From Eledone cirrhosa (lineage: Eukaryota), in contig OZ024740.1 in assembly GCA_964016885.1 (NCBI GenBank), positions 270,878,001 to 270,942,000 of the forward strand: DNA of 64,000 bases. The letters are read 5' to 3'. Positions within the stretch are counted from its first letter, which is position 1, and every line of letters starts with the position of its first letter. Below the pieces are notes generated by a model. That model saw nothing but the letters and a program-made list of their open reading frames with translations. It was not told where the DNA came from and did not search any database. Shown here piece after piece: positions 44,521 through 59,349 of the stretch. The position numbers were made by a program, and so were the translations under genes.

Positions 44521-45593
44521 TTATGAAGAGAGAAGAAACATTTAGATATAATTAGTAATAAAATGTATCATACCTAAACTGTTCCTAAATTCCTCGACTA
44601 CGTAGTTTCGTGGCATAAACAAAAACAATATATCAAAGATATAGAGTCCTTGCGAGGTCTGCCGACTTATCAAGAGGATACCTCATTTTACTAGTCTCAA
44701 GAACGCGTCTACACGACGTGAGAAAGAATCCCAAAAGGCGGAGGGGGAGATAGTCACGCGATATAACGGTCGAGAAACAGAGCTAAGCCTCTTATAACCA
44801 CGAAAAAAATACCACGGAGGCGGAGGGGGTATTCATATCGAGGCCGTAGAAGAGGTAGTGAAGAAGGCGAGAAGTATGAGTAATGGAAGCTTTCCAGTTG
44901 TCCCCATACTTCAAAGATTGCTCGACCAGAGGGAGTTATTAATATATTTAGAAACACACAGATACATGCGGACACACACATATATACATGAATGCATCCG
45001 CACCCAACTGTGAGTTAAGGGTGCCAACTTCACCGATGTTGCTCAATGAATGACTGGGACAGACCAATTCAGTTTGAACCAGACTGAACCAGTATCAGAG
45101 TTAAAAATACATTATGAAGAGAGAAGAAACATTTAGATATAATTAGTAATAAAATGTATCATACCTAAACTGTTCCTAAATTCCTCGACTACGTAGTTTC
45201 GTGGCATAAACAAAAACAATATATCAAAGATATAGAGTCCTTGCGAGGTCTGCCGACTTATCAAGAGGATACCTCATTTTACTAGTCTCAAGAACGCGTC
45301 TACACGACGTGAGAAAGAATCCCAAAAGGCGGAGGGGGAGATAGTCACGCGATATAACGGTCGAGAAACAGAGCTAAGCCTCTTATAACCACGAAAAAAA
45401 TACCACGGAGGCGGAGGGGGTATTCATATCGAGGCCGTAGAAGAGGTAGTGAAGAAGGCGAGAAGTATGAGTAATGGCAGCTTTCCAGTTGTCCCCACAC
45501 TTCAAAGATTGCTCGACCAGAGGGAGTTATTAATATATTTAGAAACACACAGATACATGCGGACACACACATATATACATGAATGCATCCGCA
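44521..45593 (-). repeat. Tandem array, 591-bp unit x about 1.8, with a U3:A8 HHR per unit
   Basis: Direct repeat at 591-bp offset; flanked by AT microsatellite. Confidence 0.92.
44591..44678 (-). ncRNA. Hammerhead ribozyme, U3:A8 core variant (second copy 45182-45269)
   Basis: TCCTC-TTGATAA-GT.GGCA...TGCC.AC-GAAA-CTACGTAG-TC-GAGGA. Confidence 0.75.
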
Positions 45594-46205
45594 GTTGGGT
45601 TATAATATATATATATCTATAATATAATATATATATATATAATATATATATATATCTATAATATAATATATATATATATATAATATATATATATATATAT
45701 CTATAATATAATATATATATCTATAATATAATATATATATATATCTATAATATAATATATATATCTATAATATAATATATATATCTATAATATAATATAT
45801 ATATCTATAATATAATTTATATATCTATAATATAATTTATATATCTATAATATAATATATATATCTATAATATAATATATATATCTATAATATAATATAT
45901 ATATCTATAATATAATATATATATATTTTTTTTTTTTTTACCTGTTTCAGCCATCCGGCTGAGGCCATGCTGGGGCACCGCCCTTGATATATCTATAATA
46001 TAATATATATATATCTATAATATAATATATATAATATAATATATATATATATAATATAATATATATATATATAATATAATATATATAATATAATATATAT
46101 ATAATATAATATATATATATATAATATAATATATCCATGATATCCGGAATACATTGAGTTCTTCATACGGATTGGACACTACCGTAAACTCTTGGTAGAT
46201 TTATC

Positions 46206-46239
<34 letters not shown>

Positions 46240-46796
46240 AAAGAGCTCAAGCCGTTTCGACGGCTAATTCTGTCCAGAATTAGCCGTCGAAACAGCTTGA
46301 GCTCAGCCGTCGGGGTCCTACTCTTTCCTATTACCCACTCTACTACCCTAAGTATTGAGTACTTTGGTGCGTTATAGTCCACCTGGTTCCTTACCACATT
46401 TCCTTCGTTATATATATATATATATATAATATAATATATATATATAATATAATATATATATATATAATATAATATATATATATATAATATAATATATTAT
46501 ATATATATATAATATAATATATATATATATAATATAATATATATATATAATATAATATATATATAATATAATATATATATATAATATAATATAATATATA
46601 TATAATATAATATATATATATATAATATAATATATATATAATATAATATATATATATAATATAATATAATATATATATAATATAATATATATATATAATA
46701 TATATAATATATATATATATATAATATAATATATAATATATATATATATATATTATATATATATATATATATATAATATAATATATAATATATATA

Positions 46797-46827
<31 letters not shown>

Positions 46828-46871
46828 ATATAATATATAATATATATAATATATATATATATATATATAAT

Positions 46872-46903
<32 letters not shown>

Positions 46904-48026
46904 ATATATATATATAATATATATATATATATATACAATATATATATATATATAATATATATATATATATATAATATATATATATATATTATATATATAT
47001 ATATATATTTACAATGAAATATAAACTAGAAACTAATTATACGAAAGAAAATTATCATTTAGTTAAGAACAAAATATGATACAAACGAAAAAAACGTTCC
47101 CTGGCCAATACCTTACAGTGAGACTCGACATGGGGGGAAATAATGCAGTGTTCAAGCCAATAATTGCTCAAGTGCTTTGGGATAAACGGTGAAAGTTTTT
47201 ATCTGATTTTATCTACACAAACCCATGTCTAGCTATAAATAATTACAAAAATGTCTAGCTATAAATAATTACAAAAATATATAATTAAAAACTATGGTAA
47301 GAACAATTGCAAACTATTCAGTCAAAACAATGAGACAGTTAACCACATAAATTCTAGATGCTCAAACTTCGTCAAGTCTGAGTATATTCAATGACCAACA
47401 GCTCTCCAAACTGGTTGACTGTATATGCACGCGTTTTTTTTTGTTGTTTTTTCGTTTTTCTTTCTCATATGTTTCCGTCTGTTCCTCTGCTCACACTTTG
47501 TTTTTATTTCCTCTTTTCATTTATCATTCTATCTTCAGATGAAGGACTTGTGTCTGAAATATTAAGACTCTTTTCCTATTGTTTCAAGCGTTAAATATTT
47601 CGTAATTGTTCTGTGTCGTTTGCTTTGTTATTTCTGTTTACCTTTTACATGCATATATTCAGATATGATTGACAAGCCAGTTAGGCCCATTGAGTAATAT
47701 GCCAAGATCGAAGAAAGGAAGTTGTATTAACTTGTATGACACAGTATTGATGACAACGACAATGCTACACGTATTTGATATACGCCCCAACCACCGCTTC
47801 CGATTGAAAATAAAATCAAGGCATGTTGTTTTTATATAACAGATATAATAATTTGGGAGCGGAATAAAACTATCTATTCCCTGTTTGATATTGCAATCCA
47901 TTCTGATCAAAACATTGCCTAAAGGATAGTGAATAAATAAGATCTTTGTGTAGGTCATCATATGGTAGTAAAATATAGTACCAATAATAATTGGAGTACT
48001 TAGCATCATATAAAAAATATGAATAT

Positions 48027-48215
48027 CAGACCTGTCAACCTCTACAACCCAAACGGGGAGTACCATGAAAAAAAGTGTTCCAAAATGGGGAGGAGGCGAA
48101 ATGGGGCGCTTTTACATAAGGAAAGCTATACTTATTTTCACAAGAAAATACATCTCTCATCCACCCCAAAGTGGGTGGGATATCTCCTTGTTGAACGGGG
48201 GGAGTTAACAGGTCT
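48027..48215. mobile_element. About 190-bp MITE (copies at about 31057-31234 and 1544-1946)
   Basis: TIR cagacctgtcaac...gttaacaggtctg; GAATAT on both flanks; three homologous copies. Confidence 0.75.
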
Positions 48216-49786
48216 GGAATATGAATATAAAAACCATGCCATGGCTTACTACTTTATACACAGTTCAAAGAGACAGCCCTGCTAGGCAGAGCACGCAACC
48301 TACGAAAACAACTTTCAATTCAATTAGCAAACCATAAATGGGATACATATTTCACGCTCCACATACCCTATTCAATCTTCATCCTATAAAATAAAACAAC
48401 TCGAATAGCACACACTCTTCAGAATCAGCATAAAAAGTATAACACCACACACACTCTACACAATCACCATCCAATAAAATAACACAACTTGCACAACAGT
48501 AGATCAACAATAAAAATTAGAACACAAATCAAACAGTATGTATAGAAAACAAACGCCACCCAAATATAAATTATGATATATTCACATTGTTCATACTCTA
48601 CACAACAGACGAAACACTAAAATAACAACAATAAAAGCACACTAAATCTCAGAGCAAAGCAAATCTGATGTATTATACAAACAAAATTCTACATGCTCAA
48701 AAGATAATGCTTAACTCACCTTAGGAACCTGAAGATGTAGCAGGACCTTGCATAATACTGTTGAAAACATGCTGATACCTATCAAATGTACATCCCCAGA
48801 AACAGTGTGCTAAAGGATTATTGTTAATCAGGGAATAATATAAAACTGATACTGCTCTCTAGCATTTCAAGTAACTAGTAAAGTCGCTACGTGCCCTTGT
48901 TTATTGTGATAATAAGAAGTCACCTAGATAGCTAGTCAATTATATTCGCAACAACAAAATTTCTACATAAAAGTTATTTATACGGCCAAGAAAACAGGCC
49001 AACAGAGCTCACATTAGCCAAGCATGCTAAACAACCATAAAGGCATGTGTTTATATGGCAAGTACTTTCGCGAACCATATTCCCTATACATAAATGAAAA
49101 GAAAACCAATCTCTCGTCCAGAGCCTGAATAAGACCACAGAAGCAACAACTTTCGCGATATAATAACATGTTATCAACACTAAGTATAATCAAAGACATA
49201 TTAACAGATGATACAGATGATAAATGTCGTCTATGTTGAACAGTTCCTAAGACAATATACCACATTGTAATAGGATGCTCCGTACTATCCACAACAAAAT
49301 ATATTTGGGAACACACATATCAAAACCACCAAATGAAACTACTTTAAGAAAATGTTCTTTGGGCGCCATATGAACCTTCATCTGTCTTAGAAAATAACAA
49401 TGCGTAAATACTATGAGACATTAGCATACAGACAAACCACCTGAGAGCACATGATAAGCCATACATCAAAAATAATAACAGCACACTAATTACCGGTGTA
49501 GCAATAGAAAATTGCTACAATATGCACAGGTAAACTAAAAAGACAGGAGCAAGCGGGTGAAAAGTAAAGTTTGCATCGGCAGGATTTGAAATCAGAGAAC
49601 CAGAACATTATCTTCTCATTCAAATGACTCTGCCATTGGTTTCTAGCATTGATACAAAGTCACATATTTTTAAATAAGGCCGAGCTGATTCATTGAATTG
49701 ACTCAGTACTTAACTACTACTGTATTTCATCAAACTTGGTAGCTCAGCATCTTTTCACCACAAATGTAAATGATCATAATGTACTA

Positions 49787-49974
49787 AATTGTTTCTACGT
49801 TTGGCACAAAGCCAGTAATTACCCCAGTACATTTCTGGTGCTTTATTTTATCGACCCCGTAAGGATGAAAGGCAAAGTTAACCTCGACGGGATTTGAACT
49901 CAGAATGAAATGGGCCGTAACTCTATTCTGCAAAGCATGGCGTCTAACGCTCTGCCGATACTGCCCATCCACCG
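49787..49974 (-). mobile_element. SINE copy
   Basis: Matches the SINE consensus. Confidence 0.82.
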
Positions 49975-50426
49975 CAAGATTTTTAGTTCATTGTTCTGCC
50001 CTTTCTGCTCTCTTCTCTTTCAAATAGATTATTAATTCTCGATTATCATGGCCCTTACGAAGCAAAGGCTTATAAAGACTACAGCATTATATTAGTGCTT
50101 GTCCATTTGACCAAGAAATTCTATTGATCCGTTCAGATGATGTTCCCGTTCAAAAAGGATCAAATATTTCGTAAATAAGAACATACTGAATTCACATTAA
50201 AACACTTCAAACAGATGTTATTAAAGAAAAACTGAGAATAAATAATGTAATTATTATCAAGATACAAACTTAAGATATACTGTCCGAGGTATAACAAAAT
50301 AATTAGATTATATATACATCCTAGTTAAAAAATGTTATTATTATTTTATATTAAAATAAGTATTAAATAAATATTTTATATTATATTATCATTAATTAAT
50401 TATACAATCAATAAATATTTTCTTAC

Positions 50427-50496
50427 CTGGATTTGCTGCCAATGTGCTACCACACAGCAGCAGAAGAAGCCAATGGAAAGGAGACATCATTGTCAT
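50427..50496 (-). CDS. Exon 1 of secreted VWA/TSP1 protein: signal peptide MTMMSPFHWLLLLLCGSTLAANP
   Basis: ATG, hydrophobic core and small-residue cleavage region; ends at G|GTAAGA donor in phase 1, which matches exon 2; TATA box about 30-38 nt upstream. Confidence 0.85.
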
Positions 50497-50526
50497 TTCT
50501 GACGCAAAGAATCGATGGAAACCTTA

Positions 50527-50534
50527 CTTTTATA
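50527..50534 (-). promoter_or_regulatory. TATA box (TATAAAAG) of the VWA/TSP1 gene
   Basis: Consensus TATAAAAG on the minus strand just upstream of the signal-peptide ATGs; Inr-like TCAGAA at 50497-50502. Confidence 0.55.
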
Positions 50535-51993
50535 AACACTTCGACGATGGCACAGGTACAAAGGTCGAATTTTGTTTTATCAAGTGGTATATATCTATGA
50601 GTATGTGAAAGATGATAATATCAGTTAAACTATATTGTAAAGAAGTACACAGAGATTAAGCCAATTATTTAGAAATCATGATTATATGGATCATTAATTA
50701 AGTGCAATTTTCATATCACACCATATGAAAAAGAAAACACCCCTTTAATCTTTAAAAGCGGTTACTTCAATGTTCATCAAATCAAGCAAGTTTGTGTGTG
50801 GTTATATATGGTTTTCATTAAATAAAATTGTATATAAATTCTTGAAGCAAGGTAAAGTACTTATTACGTGACTGACACACAATATAGCATATAAATGGAA
50901 TTTATATGTGTGACTGTGTATGGAGGGGGAGTATGAATATAGATGGAAATATACACGAAGTTCTCGTAGCAGAATGAAGTATTTATTACGTGACTGACAC
51001 ACCATATAGTCTATGAATGGAATTTATATGCCTGTGTGTGTGTGGGTGTCTGTTTGTTTGTGTGTGTGGACATTGGGAAAATGCAAAATACCACAGGAGT
51101 GCGTTCTTCATAATGTATGTGTATGCAGTAATATGAAGAAGCTCCCTTGTGGAGTCGTAAAGGTACCGTTATACGGTGTGTCTAGGACACTTTTAAACCT
51201 GGTGGAGCCCAAGCATCTCCATGTCTGAACACAGCCGATTTTTTCTGTAGGAGAAGATTCAACCCCAGTACTGGACTGGTATTTTTTTATCGACCTCGAA
51301 AGGATGAAAAGCAAAGTTGACCACGGCGAGATTTGAACTCAGAGCGGGCAATGAGGTGGGATGAATAACGTAAAGCATTCTACCTGACGTCTTAACGACT
51401 CTGCAAATTCACCGCCGATACGCAGTAATATCTCACATGCTAAATATAGCGAGTGGGGAATTTTTAATAGGCTATGTTTATACTTGTAATTTCTTCAGTG
51501 CTGTGCATATCCAAAACGAATACGCGGGGATTCACATCATCTAACTCCATCTAAATTTTAAGATATGTTTAAGACAACTAATGATAAAGGACATGTTTCG
51601 AACATGGCTGGTGGATTGGCAAAATCCTTTGCATTTCAGTATTTGAACGGGGTCTTTAATGTTCTGAGTTCAAATCCCGCCGAAGTAACTCTGGCTTTCA
51701 TCCCTCCAGGATCAATAAAATAAAGTATGAGCTATACACATCCCACTCCCTCCCTCACTCTGTCTCTCTTCTTCGCTCACTCTTTTTATATATATATATA
51801 TATATATAACGAAGGAAATGTGGTAAGGAACCAGGTGGACCATAACGCACCAAAGTACTCAATACTTGGGGTAGTAGAGTGGGTAATAGGAACCAGTAAG
51901 ACCCCGACGGCTGAGCTCAAGCCGTTTCGACGGCTAATTCTGAGAATTAGCCGTCGAAACGGCTTGAGCTCAGCCGTCGGGGTCTTACTGGTT

Positions 51994-52030
<37 letters not shown>

Positions 52031-52624
52031 TTACGCACGTCCACAAGTATAGCTCTTTTTATTAAACGTTTTTTTTTTTACATTTCAGGTAGACGTGCTC
52101 CAATCCACTTTCCTAAAAAATAAATCATACACAAAACGCCACCACCGACAGTTTTGCAAGAGATGTCAACATGAATGAAACTGTTATTTTTATCTGAAGA
52201 CATTTTTCCTATTCCAACCCACCTGTCCCCTCAATCTATCTTATTTCTCATTCTTTCTTCTGATGAAGGACTAGAGTCGGAAGCGTTAAGACCTCTTCCT
52301 GCTATATCAAGCGTTAACCTAATATATCCCTTTCATATACTGTACCGATTGTGTTGTTATTTCTGTTTACCTTTTACATATATTTATATATATATATATA
52401 ATTGGTGTTGGATGCTTAAAGGGTCCGTATGCAGTAGGCCGTATGAGCACTCAATGCCCTCGTAGAGCAGAGTATGATATGACAGGAAAAAAAGAGAATC
52501 AGTGTTGCGACGAAAGGAATTTATTGGACTAATTACAATCATGCTTCGAGCTGATCGCCCGATAAACAATTGTAATATGTCCAATAAATTCCTTTCGTCG
52601 CAACACTGATTCTTTTTTTCTGTG

Positions 52625-52659
<35 letters not shown>

Positions 52660-52691
52660 CATATATATATATATATGTATGTATGTATGTC

Positions 52692-52738
<47 letters not shown>

Positions 52739-52739
52739 A

Positions 52740-52816
<77 letters not shown>

Positions 52817-53213
52817 TAGCGAGAATCGTATTTCAACTCAGGAATTGACGAAAAACAACTTCCGAGATGTGTGGCAAGTGCTCGATGATTCATATGAATC
52901 AGAGCTACAACATACGTTAAAGGCCAAACACACTGAGATGGTGGTTAAACTAATCATCCGCACAGCCAAAAAAACGACCAAGTAATTCGGGTCAAACAAT
53001 AAAAATATGTGATTGAAAATTTACCCGGACCCACTGGACTGATGGTAAAATCCAGTATTTGGGTTTCTGCGACTCCATAAATCAAATACTGTCCGCTTAC
53101 ATAAAGAATGTTAGGCTTCTGGTAAGATGACTGAACAAGGAAGCCGTTTTATCAACGGGTTTTTGCTCTAATGCTATACATAAGTGTGACTATTACTAAC
53201 CCCATGTATATGT

Positions 53214-53257
<44 letters not shown>

Positions 53258-53259
53258 AG

Positions 53260-53260
53260 C

Positions 53261-53305
<45 letters not shown>

Positions 53306-53328
53306 TAGATAGATTAGATAGATAGATA

Positions 53329-53403
<75 letters not shown>
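53260..53403. repeat. (GATA)n microsatellite
   Basis: Read directly from the sequence. Confidence 0.95.
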
Positions 53404-53405
<2 letters not shown>

Positions 53406-55303
53406 GGGAGAGAGGGAGAGGAGGTATGAAAACAGGAGGGTAATATTTGGGTAATATATGGACACCCTGCGGGAGGAAATACAAGACCGGGCAAAGGGCG
53501 GAGGAACTCAGCAGAGTCAACGGCCATCCAAATAGCACTTTTTTTTATTTGCCTGGGAGTGAAAGGCCCCCAATTGTTATCACAATACCTTTCTAGGAGA
53601 TGGAAACTGAAAATAAACCTGTGGCTTCGGAAGCATGCGATGATGTTGACCAGTTTTCCTTTTCGGGTAGTGTTTACGATGCTCAGAGAGTGGGATTGGT
53701 CGAGTGCAAGGACTTTCCCCACTCAAAAAACCTTTCAAAGCACAGGCATTGCTTGTTTAGGATATGTTAAATGTTTTTGTGGCTGGCCGTGGCCTAAACG
53801 GGCACCAAACTCTATAATTTGACAAGCGATTGCAGCACTCTTAGCAGAGTTTGCAGCCATCATGTATGTATGTATGTATGCGTACATGTATTTATGTATG
53901 TATGCATGTATGTATGTTCTTCTGGTTTTATAATTTCACAAATTTTTACCAATAGAGAGAGAGTCGGTTTCTAACATAGACACAAGACTCTCTCATTGGA
54001 ATTTACACAACATCAACTAGGTAGATATGTATGCATGTCTGCATGCATGTGTAGGTATGGATATTATTGTATGTGTGGATGTGGATGTTTTGAGTTGTAT
54101 GTGTGCATGTGCATACGCTTTGTATCTGTACATGTGTATAGTCAGTTATTTAGATTCCAAATTTTTGGAATGTTTTACATATTTTTACTTTTCCGTTAAT
54201 AGATTGTACTTGTAATTTCATAACTAGTTGTGTTCTTTCTGTTCCTGTGAAGCCCAGCTTCTCTAGATTTGTATCGGGGCAGTTACTAACATATCCCATA
54301 TGTATGTATGTATTTATGTATGTATGTTCCATTGTCAAAGTCTGTCATTTTAGAGCATGATCAATATAATTGTTGGGTATTGTAGCTGGTTGAATTTCAA
54401 ATACATGAAATATATTCACAGTTTGATTTATTGCATTCTTATGGTTTTGTATAACTAGTCAAGAAAATCCCTTGAACTAAAAGGAAGCATTTTATATAGT
54501 ATAGTAGCAATTTATTTTCCTTTTTTGTTTGAAGCTTAGAAACAAAACAAAATCCCTTTTGCCACTACGCTAAATTAATTTCCATTGGTTGATATCTGCT
54601 TATTCATTTTCTATAGTTGATATCTACTTATTTTCTTAACTTTATATCGCCACCTAATTTCCATATGTATTGAGAAGCCTGTAGGAAATTCAGTGCTTTT
54701 CTGATATGAAATATCTAAAGTCTAAAGTCTGGCTTGAGCTAGGAAGTTCATCAGGCTGGTGCGGATCCCAGTTTCTATGGCATGAAGCGACTGGCTGTAC
54801 TAGACTCCTCGCTGGACATGACGCCAGTCCATCCCAGGATTAAACTCCCACCTTTTGCTAGTACTCATTTTCAACTGAGTATACTGGAGCAAAGTGAAAT
54901 GAAGTTATTTGCTCAAGAACACAACACACAACCCAGTCTAGGAATCGAATACACGACATTATGATCGTAAGTCCAACATCCTTACTACCACGGCCACGTG
55001 CCCCCACCATATAAAATATAAAACATAAAATATCAGGCATAGATGTACGGTTTAGAAAACTGCTTTGCAATTATGATTCTGGGTTATATCCTACCGTGTA
55101 ACAGCTTAAACAAATAGCTTTGATCATAGGCTTAGACTAACAAATTTCTTGTGAGTGGAATTTGTTAAACGGAAACTGTGCAAAAGACAGATTCAGCTGA
55201 TAATCTACAGAGTACATAACCAGCAGCTTCACTTGTGCTAGTTCATTTAAACCCCTACTATGAATAAGTATTATATTTATGTACAGTATATGTTCTTTTA
55301 AAC

Positions 55304-55493
55304 GGGCGGTGAATTGGCAGTATCGGTAAAGTGTCGGACGCCATGCTTTCCAGTATAGTTACGTCCCTTTACGGTCTGAGTTCAAATCCCGTCGAGGTTA
55401 ACTTTGCCTTTCATCCTTACAGGGTCGATAAAATAAAGTACCAGTAATGTACTGGTTAATTTCTGGCCTTGTGCCAAAAAGTAGAAACAATTA
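55304..55493 (+). mobile_element. SINE copy
   Basis: TSD ATTATATTTATGTACAGTA. Confidence 0.87.
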
Positions 55494-57093
55494 TATTTAT
55501 GTACAGTACATCACTATTATGTTTAGCAGTGTATAAATTAAGAGGGTTAATTTCAATATTTCCTATGTATCTAAGTTATAAATCCCCACGCCTCAACCTT
55601 GTTTTGTTAATGCTCTATCATCACCATGCTAATATCGGTATGATACGAACGACATGTGAATTGTAGGGCACACTGCATGCTCAAATCTATATTATTCACT
55701 CTGAGGTTCTATATCTTTTAAGATATATCCTCTGTATCTTACATCTTTTATCCCAGAATTTTATTATCCAGCTTTTCACCAAATCTCTCTAAGAAGATTC
55801 CCGTCTTAAAATTGTCTCTAATCTTTCCCCGTAACTTTAAACCCCCCCCCCCCTCTCTCTGTCCCTCTCTCTCCTTCTCTCCCTCTCTCTCTCTCTCTCT
55901 TTCTCTTACTTGCTTCGGATTTGTTTCCATCTTTCACTCTTTCTCTCACCATTTCTCTCTCACCCTTTCTCTCTCACCCTTTCTCTCTCACCCTTTCTCT
56001 CTAACCATTCTCTCTCATTACCTAACTTTTCTACCTCTACTACAACGGTATATGTTCTTTTAAACTATAAGTAACACTTTCTCAAACAGATTTATCTGAT
56101 TATCCCCCCCCCACCCCACCCACACCCACACAACACACACAATTTTCTCTATGCCAGGATTGCATTACTTTCTAACACTTACTCTGTGCATGTTTGTTTT
56201 TTCTCCCTCAATTACTGACATGCAAAGATTCAGACTGAACATCAGCAAGAGTAATCTCATCTTCTTATCATTCATTGTACCACAATATAACTTTGCCTGA
56301 AAAAAAACAAGCTTTGGACATCAACGTTTCTCTATTGATTACTCAATAAAAAGAAAACAAAAGTTTATTCTTTTATATAATCTCTTTTATCCAAGAATTT
56401 TACCGATAACGGCTTGATTACACAATTTTTTTGTTTGTAAATATCAAACTTTTTCGAGCCATAAGGCAGAGTGCAATTGTTCAGCTTTGCAATAAAACAG
56501 CTAAGCTAACTTGTCTTGTTAGATTGATTATTTTCGTGTGATTTATCTGGAGTTTCCTTGCTATACTAATTATATGATCGGTTCGCTTCATGCAACAGGT
56601 AATGAGTATATACACAACTTCAGCGATCACGTGGAAAAAACATGTTACTTAAATATAAGTATGTATACGTACATACATATATGTATACAGACGTACAGTA
56701 GTATGTATATATATACATACATGCACACATATATATATGTGCTTTCAGACGCTCAATCATCTGGCAGGAAGGTATGCGGTGCTGACGATAGCTAATAAGC
56801 TTGAAACTAGTACATCGTTCCTTTGTCAGTGTTGAACAAAAGGGCAACAATGGTTGCTAAACACTGTACGGCTTAATTCGGGATGTTTGTTTACAAACAC
56901 ACCGAGAATTATAATAAATGTTCGGTGAATCCATACGTACATATATATGTATATGTGCATATATACATACTACTGTACGTCTGTATACATATATGTATGT
57001 ACGTATACATACTTATATTTAAGTAACAGCCGTACTAAGAGTGAGAAATGAAATTTCGTTTCATTTTTTCCGTTTATATATATCACTATACAT

Positions 57094-58965
57094 ATGGTCG
57101 CACATGCCATAGGGGCTAGTATCAAAACTACCCTAAAGGGCCACATATTCAAGTTCAACGAGAAGATCTACACCCAAAATGGGGGAGCAGCCATTGGCGT
57201 TAGCATAGCTGGTGACGTTGCCAACCTTTTTATGGTATGGTGGGAAAGGAGACTTAAATATCTCCTTGATGAGAGCTCCATAGACCTCATCATGGACTCT
57301 CGTTACGTAGACGATATCAATATAATAATAAGGACATCCCCACAAGTGAGCACTAACAAGTTTGACTTAGAACGTAGCACAATGGAAAGCATCCAGCAGA
57401 TAGCTAATTCCATACACCAGAGTATAACTGTAACTATCGACTACCCTTCCAAACACCGTAACAATAGACTACCTGTATTAGACACGGAACTCTGGATTAA
57501 CACTATAGACGAGAGAGCCCAAATTCTCCACTCACACTATGCTAAACCCATGGCCTCCAAATACCTGATACTCAAAAACTCAGCAATGTCCAGTAGTGCT
57601 AAGTTTAATATCCTGATCGTAGACTTGGTACGAGTGATGAAGAACATGTCCCGCATGTGCGACCCAACAGAAATGGAAAGACACACCCAACACTTTATCA
57701 ACCGCATGCAGTTCTCTGGCTACAACCAAAGAGACAGAATCAGAGTATACGAAGGAGCCACGGAGAAGTATAAGACCCTCATAGAACTGGACATGAAAGG
57801 AATTTGCCCATTATACAGGAGCAAATCATGGAATAGCTTAGATAGGGCTAGACATAAGATAGGGAAAGCCACCTCATGGTACGACAACCAGAGATACCAG
57901 AGTGTCATGTTTGTGGACGCTACCCCTGGAGGGAAATTAGCTAACCAGTGTAGAAAGGCCCTGAGAAAGACCCACTTAAAGATTAAGGTGGTAGAAAAGC
58001 CAGGAACCACCATAAAATCCCTGATCAGCAAAACCTACCCTTTTTTAGAAAACCAACTGTACTAATAGGAAATGTATCATATGTAAAGTAAACCCCCGGA
58101 TAAACTGTAAAACTAGAAACGTAGTCTATAGCATAAGATGTACAGAGAGTACTTGCAGAAACATGACAACATACATACATAGGCGAGACAGTTCGTAGCA
58201 TAGGTGAAAGGATAGACCAACACTGGGGGGAACTAAAAGGACGAAAAAACGGTACAGTACTATACGAACATGCCAGACGACAACACAACGGTAACATAGA
58301 CAACATAGAAATTAGAATAATATCTAAACATAGAAATGACCCAGCAGATAGGCAAATCAGAGACGCCAGTGAAATAGAACTTAGAAGGCCAAGGCTAAAC
58401 AGAAAATATGAATGGAATAACAACACCCAAACAAACAACACTGACCTAAGAGAAGTATAAATAAATAAATAAATAAATAAATAGATAAATAAATACATAC
58501 ATACACAAGCACAATAACAACAAACACATATAAACACACACTAGTAAATATAGAATATATTAACCAATACACAGTCACCCAATCACGAACACACATCAAA
58601 CAAAACACTATACACACACGCAAACGCATGCGCAAAGAAGACAAAAAAAATAAACAAATAAATAAATATATAAACAGACTAAATAAAGATGGCGTAGAAA
58701 ATACAATGCAACGGGAGGAAACAATAGCACCACTGACGATGTTGCAGATGTGCAACGAAAGAACTTTGATAGACTATATATATGTGTTTGTGTCTATATT
58801 GTATCTGTATTTTTGACCGTTGGTCACTCAATGGCAACATTGAGGACCGAATAAATTAAATTAACCGATATAAAAGACACAGAAGCGAAAAGCGAAAACC
58901 AACCAAACAGTGAGTGTGTTCTGTTATTAATTCTGGCAATATTACACAAATATGACCCTCCCCAA
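57094..58965 (+). mobile_element. 5'-truncated Penelope-like element: RT, decayed GIY-YIG endonuclease and 3' UTR with HHR-like motif
   Basis: SRYVDD; TYIGETVRSIGERIDQH near 58175; CTGACGA-GTTGCA/TGCAAC-GAAA at 58733-58760; 3' end also found at 29700-29973 and 8860-8956. Confidence 0.88.
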
Positions 58966-59349
58966 CTATACATATATATATATGTGTGTGTGTGTGTAAA
59001 AATGTGTGCAATCATGCCGAATGAAAAGAAAAAGAAAGGACCTGGGGTTTCGGGTTAATCTCTTTATGGATGTAAAAATATGAAAGAAATTAGAAAACTC
59101 GTGAGTTTGGTTAATTATTCATCCCCAAACTGAAATATAGTGGAATCGCAATTGAAGACGATTCACTGTAGTATGAAATATCCCCGAATGCAAATGCATT
59201 CTGTTTGTTTACTTGCTATAATTTCTATAATGACCTTCTTAGTATATTACCTTAATTAAACTACGATTGAGATATCGATTATGAACTGAAATACATCTTG
59301 TACTATAGAACAATCGGCATGAAAATCTAATAGATGTGTGTGTAAATTG

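Noticed and set aside
48720-48728. Possible 9-nt microexon (cag|GTTCCTAAG|gtgagt) in intron 1
   Set aside because: In phase 1 it reads GGT TCC TAA, a stop; no support as a coding exon
58164-58182. In-frame TGA four codons before YIG in the PLE endonuclease, suggesting selenocysteine
   Set aside because: The copy is decayed with other stops and frameshifts and no SECIS was identified; the Naiad ORF at 42706-43356 has no in-frame TGA
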